Source: Candidatus Omnitrophota bacterium
GTDB lineage: Bacteria; Omnitrophota; Gorgyraeia; Zapsychrales; Fredricksoniimonadaceae
Length of the DNA stretch: 64,000 nt
Direction: 5' to 3'
Assembly: GCA_016201795.1 (NCBI GenBank)
Contig: JACQCF010000014.1
Span: 49,648-113,647 of the forward strand
In this document: positions 49,301-59,662 of the stretch, piece by piece
How the letters are laid out: each line of letters begins with the position of its first letter
Numbering within the stretch: position 1 is the first letter of the stretch
Made by a program: the position numbers and the translations under genes
The notes under the pieces: generated by a model
What the model saw: only the letters and a program-made list of their open reading frames with translations
Database searches by the model: none
What the model was told of the DNA's origin: nothing

Positions 49301-51319
49301 ATGGATTTGAAAGATAAATATATTCATCGTGATTTAAGCTGGCTGGGATTCAACCGTCGGGTGTTGGAAGAGGCGGGGGATGGGCATAATCCTTTGCTGG
49401 AGCGGCTGAAATTCTTAAGTATTTTTAGCAGCAATTTGGATGAGTTTTACATGGTGCGCGTGGCCGGGCTTAAAAAGCTTTTGGATTCTGGCTATAATCG
49501 CAAAGATCAATTCGGTTTTTATCCCCAGGATCTCTTTAGCGAGATTAAATTAACAGCGGACAGTTTAGTCAAAGACCTTTACGATATTTATGCCGGCTCC
49601 ATCAAGACGACGCTGGAGGCCAATAAGATTTATTTAAAAACTCTCGAGGATTTAAACGAAGCTCAGAAAAAATTCGTTAAACGTTTTTTTGACACGACGC
49701 TGTATCCGATTATCACGCCCATGGCCGTGGACCAGGGGCATCCTTTTCCTGACCTTCCCTCCAAAACTATTGCGCTGGCGGTCTCGATCATTCGTTCGGA
49801 GAAAAATCACCTGGCGATTCTTCCTGTACCTAAATCCGTGCCTCGCCTGTTGAAACTTCCCTCGGAAGGGGAGGAGTTTCATTTCATCCTTATTGACCAT
49901 TTGATTAAGGAAAATCTCAAAGAGTTCTTTAAAGGCTATAAAATTCAGGCCGCTTCGGCCTTTCGTCTGTTGCGCGACAGCGAGATCGCCTTTGATGAGG
50001 AATTTGCCCCCAATTTGCTCAAAGCCATGGAAAAAGAATTACAAAAGCGCACCAGCGCCAGGACGGTGTATGTGCAGATGGAGCAGGGAGCAAACGTAGA
50101 ACTGGTTGATATTTTATGCACCGGTCTTAGTTTTGCTAAAGAAGAAGCGGTCTTTGTCCCTTCGGATTTGGATTTGACTTTTTTTTCTGAAATGGCCAAC
50201 AGCATTGACCGGCCGGGCGTTCGTTTTGGCAGTTTTGTGCCGGCCAAGATTTCTTATGAAAATATTTTTGATAAGATTAAAGAAGAAGACTTTATCGTTC
50301 ATCTGCCTTTTCAGTCATTTTTTCCGACGGAAGATTTGATTCAGACGGCGGCCAAGGATGCGGATGTGTTGGCCATTAAAATGACACTTTATCGTACCAA
50401 TGAAGATTCAAGTATCATTAAGGCACTGATGGAAGCGGCCAAGCGCCGCAAGCAGGTCACCGTGGTGGTTGAAATCAAAGCGCGGTTTGAAGAAGAAAAG
50501 AATATTCAATGGGCTAGGGATCTGGAACAGGCGGGCTGCCATGTCATTTATGGCATTGCGGGTCTGAAAATTCACTCGAAAATGACCTTGATTGTGCGTC
50601 GGGAAGAGGGGCGCATCCGCCGCTATGTGCATTTGTCCACCGGCAATTACAATGAAAAAACCGCGTGTCTTTATACGGACATCGGCTATTTTACGGCCAA
50701 CGATGATTTTGCCCGCGACATTGCCGACGTTTTTAACGTTGTCACGGGTTATTCCCAGCCCAGCCCTTGGAAGAGGGTTATTTCCTCGCCCCATGATTTG
50801 CGTAAGTATTTTTTTGATTTGATCGACCGCGAAATTGAACATCACGGGGCGCATAAGAATGGGCTCATCATCGCCAAGATGAATTCTTTAGAAGATGTGG
50901 CGATGATTGATAAGCTCTATGCCGCTTCCCAGGCGGGGGTTAAGATCAAACTCATTGTGCGTGGCATGTGCTGTTTGATTCCCGGCCTGGAGGGTTTAAG
51001 TGAAAATATCGAGGTCAGAAGCATCATAGGACAGTTTTTGGAGCATTCACGGATTTTTGTTTTTAACAATAATAGCTCCCCCAGAATTTTTCTATCCTCG
51101 GCAGACTGGATGACGCGGAATTTCGATCGACGGGTGGAATTGTTGTTTGAAATCACCAAGCCTGAGATTAAAACTCATTTGCAGTTTGTGATGGATAATT
51201 ATTTCAAAGACAGCCTCAAGGCGCGTGTGCTTCAAAAAGATAAGACCTATGTCCGTCTGGCCCGGGATGAAGTATCCTTCGGGGCGCAGGAGTATTTTAT
51301 CAACCATTATACGAGATAA
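49301..51319 (+). CDS. ppk1: Polyphosphate kinase 1
   Basis: RDLSWL.FN.RVL, NLDEF, IKMTLYRT, KIHSK, STGNYN, FLEHSR and SADWM.RN motifs. Confidence 0.96.
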   Translation: MDLKDKYIHRDLSWLGFNRRVLEEAGDGHNPLLERLKFLSIFSSNLDEFYMVRVAGLKKLLDSGYNRKDQFGFYPQDLFSEIKLTADSLVKDLYDIYAGSIKTTLEANKIYLKTLEDLNEAQKKFVKRFFDTTLYPIITPMAVDQGHPFPDLPSKTIALAVSIIRSEKNHLAILPVPKSVPRLLKLPSEGEEFHFILIDHLIKENLKEFFKGYKIQAASAFRLLRDSEIAFDEEFAPNLLKAMEKELQKRTSARTVYVQMEQGANVELVDILCTGLSFAKEEAVFVPSDLDLTFFSEMANSIDRPGVRFGSFVPAKISYENIFDKIKEEDFIVHLPFQSFFPTEDLIQTAAKDADVLAIKMTLYRTNEDSSIIKALMEAAKRRKQVTVVVEIKARFEEEKNIQWARDLEQAGCHVIYGIAGLKIHSKMTLIVRREEGRIRRYVHLSTGNYNEKTACLYTDIGYFTANDDFARDIADVFNVVTGYSQPSPWKRVISSPHDLRKYFFDLIDREIEHHGAHKNGLIIAKMNSLEDVAMIDKLYAASQAGVKIKLIVRGMCCLIPGLEGLSENIEVRSIIGQFLEHSRIFVFNNNSSPRIFLSSADWMTRNFDRRVELLFEITKPEIKTHLQFVMDNYFKDSLKARVLQKDKTYVRLARDEVSFGAQEYFINHYTR

Positions 51320-51323
51320 ACGG

Positions 51324-52145
51324 ATGAGCTATTTTATTGGTATTGATATCGGTGGAACAAAAATGGCCGGGGCGGTGGTAACGTCTCAGGGACGCATTCT
51401 GCATCGCTCTAAAATTTCGACACCGACAAAGGGTAGCGCCAAGGGTATTTTTCTGTGTCTGGTTGATTTAATCGAGGAATTGAGATCCTCTTTGTCGTCC
51501 AAGTCTTCTAAGGTCAAAGGCATTGGTCCCGCCTGTGGCGGGATTGGTCTGGGTGTACCTGGTATTGTGGATACTCACAAAGAGGTGGGGATTTTCCCCG
51601 GTACAGGCGTCGGTGGGGCGGTACTCATCAATGGCCGTTTGCTTTTAGGAATTCAAGGGGCAGCGACGGAATTGGGGCATATGGTTATGCAAGTTGACGG
51701 CCCTTTATGCCATTGCGGCAATCGCGGCTGTCTGGAAGCATTGACCAGCCGCTGGGCTATGGAGAGGGATATTCGCTCTCTGATCAAAAGCGGACACAAA
51801 AGCATAGTCAAAGAACTCAATAACGGCAGCCTGGCGACGATCAAAAGCCGCGTACTTAAAGAAGCCTTGCAAAACAATGACCCGGTTGTCAAAAAAGTTT
51901 TTAAGCAGACCTCTTCGGTATTAGGCCAGGCTTGCGTTTGCATTAACCATATTTTTAACCCTCAAGCCATCGTCTTGGGCGGAGGAGTCATCAAAGCGTG
52001 CGGGTTTTTTATGTTGCCTATCATTGAAAAAAATTTCCAATCCGATCCTTTCTTCAAAAGTTTCAACCGATGCCGCATTCTCCAATCCAGCCTAGGCGAT
52101 GACGCCGTGGTCCTGGGCGCCGTACGATTGGTCAAGAGTCGCTAA
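51324..52145 (+). pseudogene. ROK-family sugar kinase with an in-frame internal deletion and a 7-aa insertion
   Basis: IGIDIGGT, GTGVGG and ELGH...C.CG..GCLE are present, but GVPGIVD joins almost directly to GIFPGTG, so the segment with the catalytic ND motif is missing. Confidence 0.6.
51522..51548. repeat. Micro-palindrome cccgcctgtggcggg with ATTGGT direct repeats, in frame in the ROK gene
   Basis: attggt at 51522-51527 and 51543-51548, a 21-bp period; the protein reads GIG-PACG-GIG. Confidence 0.8.
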
Positions 52146-52270
52146 TTTCATTGAAGCCCTACAGGAAAAAATATATAATAATTTTTTATACCTCGTGTAA
52201 TAATTTTAAACTTACACCACTCGGTATTGTGCCGAGTGACTGGTGTAGAGAATTTCGGTAACGAGGCCCT

Positions 52271-54220
52271 ATGGCTCAAGCAGTTAAGCATTCCAACAAG
52301 GTCACTACCCATCCTTTGATTACCGACCACGACGTTTATCTTTTCAAGGAAGGCAATCATTTTAGGCTTTACGAAAAGTTAGGCGCGCATCCCATGGTGG
52401 TGGAGGGCAAGCCAGGCGTGTATTTTGCCGTCTGGGCACCCAATGCCAAAAAAGTTTCGGTCATTGGCAATTTCAACAGCTGGAACCGCGACGCGCACCC
52501 CTTAATCTGCCGCTGGGATTCTTCCGGTATTTGGGAAGGCTTTATTGATGGCATCGGCAAAGGCGAGCTGTATAAATTTTACATTGTCTCCACCCGCGAT
52601 TTTTATCAGGTCGAGAAGCAGGACCCTTTCGCGTTTTTTAATGAAGGCCCCCCGCGCACAGCCTCCATCGTCTGGGATCTGGATTATCGCTGGCAGGACG
52701 ATGAGTGGATGAAGCATCGCCATTCTAAGAACAGTTTAAACGCTCCTATTTCGATTTATGAGATGCATTTGGGTTCCTGGAAGAGGGTGGTGCAAGAGGG
52801 CAATCGTTCCTTCACGTACCGCGAGCTAGCCGAGCATTTGCCCAAATATTTAAAAGAAATGGGCTTTACCCACGTCGAGTTCTTGCCGGTGATGGAGCAT
52901 CCATTTTACGGCTCCTGGGGGTATCAGACTTTAGGATATTTCTCGACGACCAGTCGCTATGGCAGTCCGCAGGATTTCATGCATTTGGTCGATTGTCTGC
53001 ATCAAAACGGCATCGGGGTTATCCTCGACTGGGTGCCTTCGCATTTCCCCTGCGACGAGCACGGCTTGTCTTATTTTGACGGCACGCATCTGTTTGAACA
53101 CGCGGACCCCAAACGAGGCTATCACCCTGATTGGAACAGCTATATTTTCAATTACAGCCGCCATGAAGTGCGCGAGTTTTTAATTTCCTCTGCCATGTTC
53201 TGGATGGATAAATTTCATGTTGATGCCCTGCGGGTGGACGCGGTAGCCTCCATGCTGTATTTGGATTATTCCCGAAAACCTTTTGAATGGATTCCTAATC
53301 ATTACGGCGGAAGGGAGAATCTAGATGCCATTTATTTTTTGCGCCGGCTCAACGAAGTTATCTACGCGGATTTTCCCGACGTACAAATGATTGCCGAGGA
53401 ATCGACCGCCTGGGGCGGGGTATCGCGGCCGACGAATGTCGGCGGTCTTGGCTTTGGCCTGAAATGGAATATGGGCTGGATGCATGACACGCTAGCGTAC
53501 ATGGCCAAAGACCCCATTTACCGCAAATATCATCACAATGAGCTGACCTTTTCGTTTTATTATGCCTTTACCGAGAATTTTTTATTGTCGCTGTCGCATG
53601 ATGAAGTGGTGCACGGCAAAGGAGCCCTGGCCGCCAAAATGCCAGGCGATGACTGGCAGAAATTTGCCAATTTGCGTCTGCTGTTAGGGTACATGTTTGC
53701 GCATCCGGGCAAAAAACTTAATTTTATGGGTTCGGAATTTGCCCAATGGAGCGAGTGGAATCATGAAAACAGCCTGGACTGGCATCTGCTGGGGTTTGCG
53801 CCGCATCAAGGCATTCATCAATGGATGAAAGATCTCAATCGTCTCTACCGGTCTGAGCCGGCCCTTTATGAGCGGGATTTTACCCCGGATGGTTTTGAAT
53901 GGATTGATTTGAATGATTACAGCCAAGGCGTTGTCAGTTTTATCCGTAAATCCGCCCATCATCAAAGTCAAATTGTCGCGGTGTGTAATTTTACACCGAT
54001 GGTATGGAATGATTATTCCATCGGTGTGCCCCATAGCGGTTTTTGGAGGGAAATTTTAAACAGCGATGCCAAAATTTACGGCGGCAGCGGCCAGGGCAAT
54101 TTAGGGGGCAAAGAAACCTCCCGCCAATCCTTTCACGGCAGACCCTTCTCATTATCATTGACAATTCCTCCGTTGGGGATATTATTTTTAAAAAGGGATA
54201 AGGGTAAAAAGGAGAAATGA
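52271..54220 (+). CDS. glgB: 1,4-alpha-glucan branching enzyme (GH13)
   Basis: FAVWAPNA, YEMHLGSW, SWGYQ, LRVDAVASMLY, AEES, KWNMGWM and LSHDEVVH motifs. Confidence 0.97.
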   Translation: MAQAVKHSNKVTTHPLITDHDVYLFKEGNHFRLYEKLGAHPMVVEGKPGVYFAVWAPNAKKVSVIGNFNSWNRDAHPLICRWDSSGIWEGFIDGIGKGELYKFYIVSTRDFYQVEKQDPFAFFNEGPPRTASIVWDLDYRWQDDEWMKHRHSKNSLNAPISIYEMHLGSWKRVVQEGNRSFTYRELAEHLPKYLKEMGFTHVEFLPVMEHPFYGSWGYQTLGYFSTTSRYGSPQDFMHLVDCLHQNGIGVILDWVPSHFPCDEHGLSYFDGTHLFEHADPKRGYHPDWNSYIFNYSRHEVREFLISSAMFWMDKFHVDALRVDAVASMLYLDYSRKPFEWIPNHYGGRENLDAIYFLRRLNEVIYADFPDVQMIAEESTAWGGVSRPTNVGGLGFGLKWNMGWMHDTLAYMAKDPIYRKYHHNELTFSFYYAFTENFLLSLSHDEVVHGKGALAAKMPGDDWQKFANLRLLLGYMFAHPGKKLNFMGSEFAQWSEWNHENSLDWHLLGFAPHQGIHQWMKDLNRLYRSEPALYERDFTPDGFEWIDLNDYSQGVVSFIRKSAHHQSQIVAVCNFTPMVWNDYSIGVPHSGFWREILNSDAKIYGGSGQGNLGGKETSRQSFHGRPFSLSLTIPPLGILFLKRDKGKKEK

Positions 54221-54525
54221 TTATGAAAGACAAAGTCATTGAAACAGCAGGGAAAACATGGAGGTTTTTGGGTCAAAACGGCGAGACTAACGTCGCTTGG
54301 CTTCCCAAAATACTTAAAGAAAAAGAGCCGGTGGTGTTTCAAGCGTTAGGATGGCTGGCCCGCGAGGATAAGATCAATTACACGATCAAAAACCGCCGCA
54401 ACTTTGTGTCTTTGGTTGAAGCTGAACTGCAGGCTTTCAACAGCTATATGTATCACATGAATTCTCAAGTTCACAATAGTGCAGTGTCTTCTTCTACCAA
54501 CAGCCGCCACAGAGCTAAGAGATGA
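54217..54525 (+). CDS. Small winged-helix protein (DUF2582-like)
   Basis: ETAGKTWRFL...G and ALGWLAREDKI; ATGA overlaps on both sides. Confidence 0.8.
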   Translation: MIMKDKVIETAGKTWRFLGQNGETNVAWLPKILKEKEPVVFQALGWLAREDKINYTIKNRRNFVSLVEAELQAFNSYMYHMNSQVHNSAVSSSTNSRHRAKR

Positions 54526-56990
54526 ATCGTTTTGTCTGTATCCATGGCCATTTTTACCAACCGCCCAGAGAAAATCCCTGGCTGGATGAGGTGGAGCTGC
54601 AGGATCCTGCTTATCCTTATCACGATTGGAATGAACGCATTAGCGCGGAGTGTTACGCACGCAATGCTTCCTCGCGTATCCTCGATGGTAACCATAAGAT
54701 TGTTGATATCGTCAATAATTATTCCAGGATGAGTTTCAACTTCGGTCCGACCCTCTTATCCTGGCTGGAGCAAAAAGCACCGGACGTCTATGCGGCTATT
54801 CTGGAAGCCGACCATCTGAGCCAGAAGAATTTTAGCGGCCATGGCAGCGCTTTAGCTCAAGGTTACAATCATATCATTATGCCTCTGGCCAATACCCGCG
54901 ATAAACGAACCCAGATCCTTTGGGGTATTAAGGATTTTGAGTATCGTTTTAGACGCAAGCCCGAAGGTATGTGGCTGGCCGAGACCGCCGTGGATTTGGA
55001 AACGCTGGATATCATGGCCGAGTACGGCATTAAATTTACCATCTTAGCCCCGCATCAGGCCAAAGAAGTCAAACCGACCAATCAAGAGACGCTCTGGCGT
55101 GATGTGCAGGGCCAAAAGGTGGACCCGAGGGTAGCGTATGTGTGTTATTTGCCTTCGGGACGTAAAATGAATATCTTTTTCTACAACGGACCTGTGGCTC
55201 AGGGGGTGGCCTTTGAAGGCCTTTTGAATAACGGCGAATATTTTGCCAGACGCTTAAGCCGTGAATTTAATACCCACCACACGCAAGCACAGCTGGTGCA
55301 TATCGCCACCGATGGGGAAACTTACGGCCATCATCATAAATTCGGTGATATGGCCTTAGCCTACTGCCTGCATCACATCCAGACGCATCATCTGGCCCAA
55401 CTGACGGTCTACGGCGAGTTTTTAGAAAAATTCCCGCCGCAGGTTGAAGTCACAATCGTGGAAAATTCTTCGTGGAGCTGCGTGCACGGCGTGGAACGCT
55501 GGCGGTCCAATTGCGGCTGTTCGAGCGGAGGACACGCCGGATGGACGCAAGAATGGCGCGGCCCGCTTCGCCAGGCGTTGGACTGGCTGCGCGATGAACT
55601 TATTAAGGTTTATGAGCAACATATCGGTTCATTTAACACTGACGGGTGGGCTCTGCGCGATTGTTATATTGAATTGATTTTGGACCGCAGTCAAGAGAAC
55701 GTGGAGCAGTTTATTAAAAATTATATTTCTGGGCCGCTCAATGAAGAGAGCCGTATAAAACTGTTAAAACTTTTGGAAATGCAGCATAACGCGCTTTTGA
55801 TGTATACCTCCTGCGGTTGGTTTTTTAATGAGATCTCTGGTCTTGAAACCGTGCAGATTCTTAAATACGCTGCCCGCGCCATTCAGCTGGCCCGCGAAGC
55901 CGCCGGCCCCGCCGATGGCAAGGCAGGGGCGGATTTAGAAGGAGGGTTTGTCAAACTTCTGGAGCGGGCCGCCAGCAATGTGGCAGAGTTTAAAAACGGA
56001 GCCAACATTTATTTGAACGTCGTTAAACCTTTGGTGGTGGATCTTTTGCGCGTGGGGGCGCATTATGCGGTCAGCTCTTTATTTGAACAATATCCTTCCA
56101 AGGTGCAGATGTACTGTTATACGGTTCAAAGCGAACATTATGAACTCAAAGAGGCTGGTCGTTTGCGTTTGGCCGTGGGGTATGGATGGGTTCATTCCAA
56201 TATTACCGTCGAGAAAGCCCATATTCGTTTCGCGGTTTTGCATTTAGGGGACCATAATTTTATCGGCGGGGTGGATTATCTCAAAGGCGATGAGTTTGAT
56301 GAAATGTACCAACGGATCATGGCGGCTTTTTTGGAGAGCAATGTGCCCCAGGTGATCGGTTTAATCAATTTCTATTTTGGTTCACGCAATTATTCCCTGT
56401 GGGATTTGTTCAAGCGGGAACAGCAGGCCATCCTCAATCATGTTCTGCGTTCGACCATGCAGGATATAGAAACTTCGTTCCGTCAAATTTACGAGAATCA
56501 CTACCCTTTAATGCAGATCAAAAACGATATTCGTCTGCCCTTGCCGCGCATGCTCATGACGGTGGTGGAATTTATTGTCAATAGGGATTTGGTGGCCTTG
56601 ATCGAAGGGGATGATCTGGATATTGATCGGATGAAGGTGCTGGTGGAGGAGATGAAACGATGGGCGTTTAAGCGCGATCAGGCCAATTTTAGTTTTTTAG
56701 CCAGCGGGCATTTGAATCAGCTCATGCAGAAGCTGCAGGAGCGTCCGGATGATATTGTGCTCATGGAAAAGATCACCACCGCTTTTGAATTATTGGGCCA
56801 GTTGAATCTGGATTTGGATTTATGGAAAGCCCAGAATATTTATTTTGCCATGGCCCGCAGGATTTATCCGGATACCTTCAGTCAATCCAAACACGATGAC
56901 CTTGCCCGACGATGGGTGACGTTGTTTGAGCATTTGGGCGACATCCTTCAGGTGAATATCACGGCCCCTGCCTTGGCGGGGATTCAATAA
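54522..56990 (+). CDS. GH57 / DUF3536 glycoside hydrolase
   Basis: HGHFYQPPRENPW, YNHIIMPL, GMWLAET, ATDGETYGHH, WSC.HGVERW and MYTSCGWFF motifs. Confidence 0.9.
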   Translation: MNRFVCIHGHFYQPPRENPWLDEVELQDPAYPYHDWNERISAECYARNASSRILDGNHKIVDIVNNYSRMSFNFGPTLLSWLEQKAPDVYAAILEADHLSQKNFSGHGSALAQGYNHIIMPLANTRDKRTQILWGIKDFEYRFRRKPEGMWLAETAVDLETLDIMAEYGIKFTILAPHQAKEVKPTNQETLWRDVQGQKVDPRVAYVCYLPSGRKMNIFFYNGPVAQGVAFEGLLNNGEYFARRLSREFNTHHTQAQLVHIATDGETYGHHHKFGDMALAYCLHHIQTHHLAQLTVYGEFLEKFPPQVEVTIVENSSWSCVHGVERWRSNCGCSSGGHAGWTQEWRGPLRQALDWLRDELIKVYEQHIGSFNTDGWALRDCYIELILDRSQENVEQFIKNYISGPLNEESRIKLLKLLEMQHNALLMYTSCGWFFNEISGLETVQILKYAARAIQLAREAAGPADGKAGADLEGGFVKLLERAASNVAEFKNGANIYLNVVKPLVVDLLRVGAHYAVSSLFEQYPSKVQMYCYTVQSEHYELKEAGRLRLAVGYGWVHSNITVEKAHIRFAVLHLGDHNFIGGVDYLKGDEFDEMYQRIMAAFLESNVPQVIGLINFYFGSRNYSLWDLFKREQQAILNHVLRSTMQDIETSFRQIYENHYPLMQIKNDIRLPLPRMLMTVVEFIVNRDLVALIEGDDLDIDRMKVLVEEMKRWAFKRDQANFSFLASGHLNQLMQKLQERPDDIVLMEKITTAFELLGQLNLDLDLWKAQNIYFAMARRIYPDTFSQSKHDDLARRWVTLFEHLGDILQVNITAPALAGIQ

Positions 56991-56991
56991 T

Positions 56992-58488
56992 ATGCCTCAG
57001 AGATCCAGCGGTATTTTGCTTCACATCAGCTCCCTGCCTTGCGCCTATGGGATGGGTGATTTAGGCCCGCACGCGTATGCTTTCGTGGATTTTTTGAAAG
57101 CTTCGGGTCAAACATACTGGCAGATTTTACCGATCAATCCTACCGACGCCATTAACGGGCATTCTCCGTATAGCTGTTTTTCCGCTTTTGCCGTCAATCC
57201 TTTGCTTGTCAGTCCGGATTTGCTGGTCATGGAGGGATTTCTTAAAGCTTCGGATTTAAAGCACCCGCCATCGTTTCAGACCGCAGCGGTGGACTACACC
57301 AAACTGATGCTGTTTAAGCAGAAGCTTTTTGAGAGGGCTTTTCAACGGTTTGGTCGGCAATTTTATAAAGGCGGCTATGAACTGTTTGTTAGTGAGCACA
57401 GACAATGGCTGGAGGATTTCGCGGTTTTCGTCGTGGCCAAGCGGACATTGGAAGGCAAGTCTTGGGATCAATGGCCTAAGGGCCTCAAAGACCGTAAGCC
57501 CCAAGCGCTCGTCCAATTTAGAAAGAAACATGCGAAGGCTATCGAACAGGTAAAGTTTATTCAATACCTGTTTTTCCGTCAGTGGCATAAGTTAAAGACG
57601 TATGCCAACCAACAGGGGGTTTCCATCATCGGCGATGTTCCGATCTATGTCAATTATGACAGCGTAGATGTTTGGTGTCATCGTCCATTTTTCAAGTTGG
57701 ACGATGAGGGGCACTTGAGATTTATCAGCGGATGCCCACCGGATTATTTTTCTCAAACCGGCCAGCGCTGGGGCAACCCTGTTTATGACTGGGCGAATTT
57801 GAAAAGGACCCAATACAGCTGGTGGGTCGATCGCCTTGCCCATCATTTGACCCTGTTTGATTCTTTGCGTATCGATCATTTCCGCGGCTTCGCGTCTTTC
57901 TGGCAGATTCCGGCGCACGAGAAATTGGCGGTGTTTGGTCAATGGGTCAAAGGCCCGGGAGAGAATTTTTTTAAAGTTTTACTTAAACATTTTGGGCATT
58001 TGCCTTTGATTGCCGAAGATTTGGGGGAGACCAGCACGGATGAGGTTTATTTAATGAAAAAATTTCGATTGCCGGGGATGCGGGTTTTATTATTTGCCTT
58101 TGGCGGGGATCTCAAAAAGAATCCGCATGTACCGGCGCATTATGGGACTCATTGTGTGGCCTATACCGGAACGCACGACAATAATACGGTGCAAGGCTGG
58201 TACTATCAGGAAGCCAAAGAACACGAGCGGGCCAATATCAAGGCGGTCCTTGGTCTTAAACCCCGGCCTCGAGCTTTGCACTGGCAGATGATTGAGGTTT
58301 TGATGAAGTCTAAGGCCGATACCGTCATTATTCCCATGCCGGATGTGCTGGGTTTAGGGGCCCTTGCGCGCATGAATACACCGGCGACGAAAGTGAATAA
58401 TTGGAAATGGCGTCTGGAGCCAGGCATGCTGACGTCTTCTTTGAGTGGGAAATTATTCAAAATCACCCATCAATCCAGGAGGTGTTGA
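56992..58488 (+). CDS. malQ: 4-alpha-glucanotransferase (amylomaltase, GH77)
   Basis: GILLHISSLP, PPDYFS.TGQ.WGNP, RIDHFRG, AEDLG, YTGTHDN and RMNTP...NW.WR motifs. Confidence 0.96.
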   Translation: MPQRSSGILLHISSLPCAYGMGDLGPHAYAFVDFLKASGQTYWQILPINPTDAINGHSPYSCFSAFAVNPLLVSPDLLVMEGFLKASDLKHPPSFQTAAVDYTKLMLFKQKLFERAFQRFGRQFYKGGYELFVSEHRQWLEDFAVFVVAKRTLEGKSWDQWPKGLKDRKPQALVQFRKKHAKAIEQVKFIQYLFFRQWHKLKTYANQQGVSIIGDVPIYVNYDSVDVWCHRPFFKLDDEGHLRFISGCPPDYFSQTGQRWGNPVYDWANLKRTQYSWWVDRLAHHLTLFDSLRIDHFRGFASFWQIPAHEKLAVFGQWVKGPGENFFKVLLKHFGHLPLIAEDLGETSTDEVYLMKKFRLPGMRVLLFAFGGDLKKNPHVPAHYGTHCVAYTGTHDNNTVQGWYYQEAKEHERANIKAVLGLKPRPRALHWQMIEVLMKSKADTVIIPMPDVLGLGALARMNTPATKVNNWKWRLEPGMLTSSLSGKLFKITHQSRRC

Positions 58489-58490
58489 CA

Positions 58491-59117
58491 ATGGCTTTAA
58501 ACAAACAAAAAATAACAGGACTTATTGTAGGTTTTGCTATTGGAACGGTCGTGGTGGTCAAATTGATTTTGACCAATTCGCCGGGGGTTGTTATGGATTC
58601 GTTGGTAGCGCGCACCCAGGGGCCGGCCAGCGCGAAGGTGAATATCGTAGAGTTTATTGATTTTGAATGTCCGGCCTGTGCCAGAGGAGCCATCGAGTTA
58701 AAGGAATATCTAGCCAGATATCCCCAAGATCTACGCGTGCAGATTAAATATTTTCCTCTGATGCAGATGCATCGTCATGCCCTGCAGGTGGCTTCCTACA
58801 GTGAATGTGTCAGCCGCCAGGGAAAATTCTGGACGTTTTTTGATTCTTTAATGCTCCAGCAGGGACAATGGAGCCAGTTGGTGAGCGCCCAGGGCGTTTT
58901 TGATCAAATGGCCCAGCAGGCAGGGGTGAATATGGCGAAATTAAAATCCTGTCTTTCGTCGGACGATGTCTCCAGTACCATTATGAGCGAGAAAGCTTTA
59001 GGGCAGTCGCTGGGGGTGAGATCCACCCCGACGTATTTTATCAATAAGAAAATGGTCGTGGGGTCCAAGTCGCTGGCGGATGAACTCACCCATGACTTTC
59101 CATCGGTTTCCCAATAA
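58491..59117 (+). CDS. DsbA/BdbD-like thioredoxin-fold protein
   Basis: EFIDFECPAC and GVRSTPTYFIN; N-terminal anchor. Confidence 0.88.
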   Translation: MALNKQKITGLIVGFAIGTVVVVKLILTNSPGVVMDSLVARTQGPASAKVNIVEFIDFECPACARGAIELKEYLARYPQDLRVQIKYFPLMQMHRHALQVASYSECVSRQGKFWTFFDSLMLQQGQWSQLVSAQGVFDQMAQQAGVNMAKLKSCLSSDDVSSTIMSEKALGQSLGVRSTPTYFINKKMVVGSKSLADELTHDFPSVSQ

Positions 59118-59119
59118 AT

Positions 59120-59554
59120 ATGGCTGTTTGTCTTCGTCTATTTATAGGTCTGGTGTTATTGGTTTCAGGCTTTGAAAAGCTCATAAGCCCTTACCAGAAT
59201 TTTTTGTACGTGATTCAGGCGTATCAAATGTTTCCTTCGTGGATGGAAACGGCCGCGGCGCTCTTGGTGCCATGGGTGGAGTTGATGGTTGGAATTTTTC
59301 TGGTTTTAGGTTTGTGGCTTAAGCGGTCGCTCAAAGGCGCTGTGATCTTGCTTGCCTGTTTTATCATTATTGTAGGCCAGGCCCTGTTGAGGCATTTGCC
59401 TCTTGAAGACTGCGGTTGTTTTGGCGAGGCCATTCATATTCCGCCTCAAGGAATCATGGTTTTTGATAGTTTGATGCTTTTATCTGCCTTCTGGCTTCTG
59501 CGTTACCCCTCCAAAGTCAAAGGTTTAAGTTTAGATAAATATTTTAATTCTTAA
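59120..59554 (+). CDS. MauE/DoxX-family membrane protein
   Basis: RLFIG....SG..K, PWVEL..G and DCGCFG motifs. Confidence 0.88.
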   Translation: MAVCLRLFIGLVLLVSGFEKLISPYQNFLYVIQAYQMFPSWMETAAALLVPWVELMVGIFLVLGLWLKRSLKGAVILLACFIIIVGQALLRHLPLEDCGCFGEAIHIPPQGIMVFDSLMLLSAFWLLRYPSKVKGLSLDKYFNS

Positions 59555-59662
59555 ACTGGCCGTATCGACTAAAGAAAACGCTTTTCTAAAATCTATCTGG
59601 GTGCCTTGACAATAGCCATTTATATGGCATACTTATTTTGAATACAAATAAACTAGGAAATT

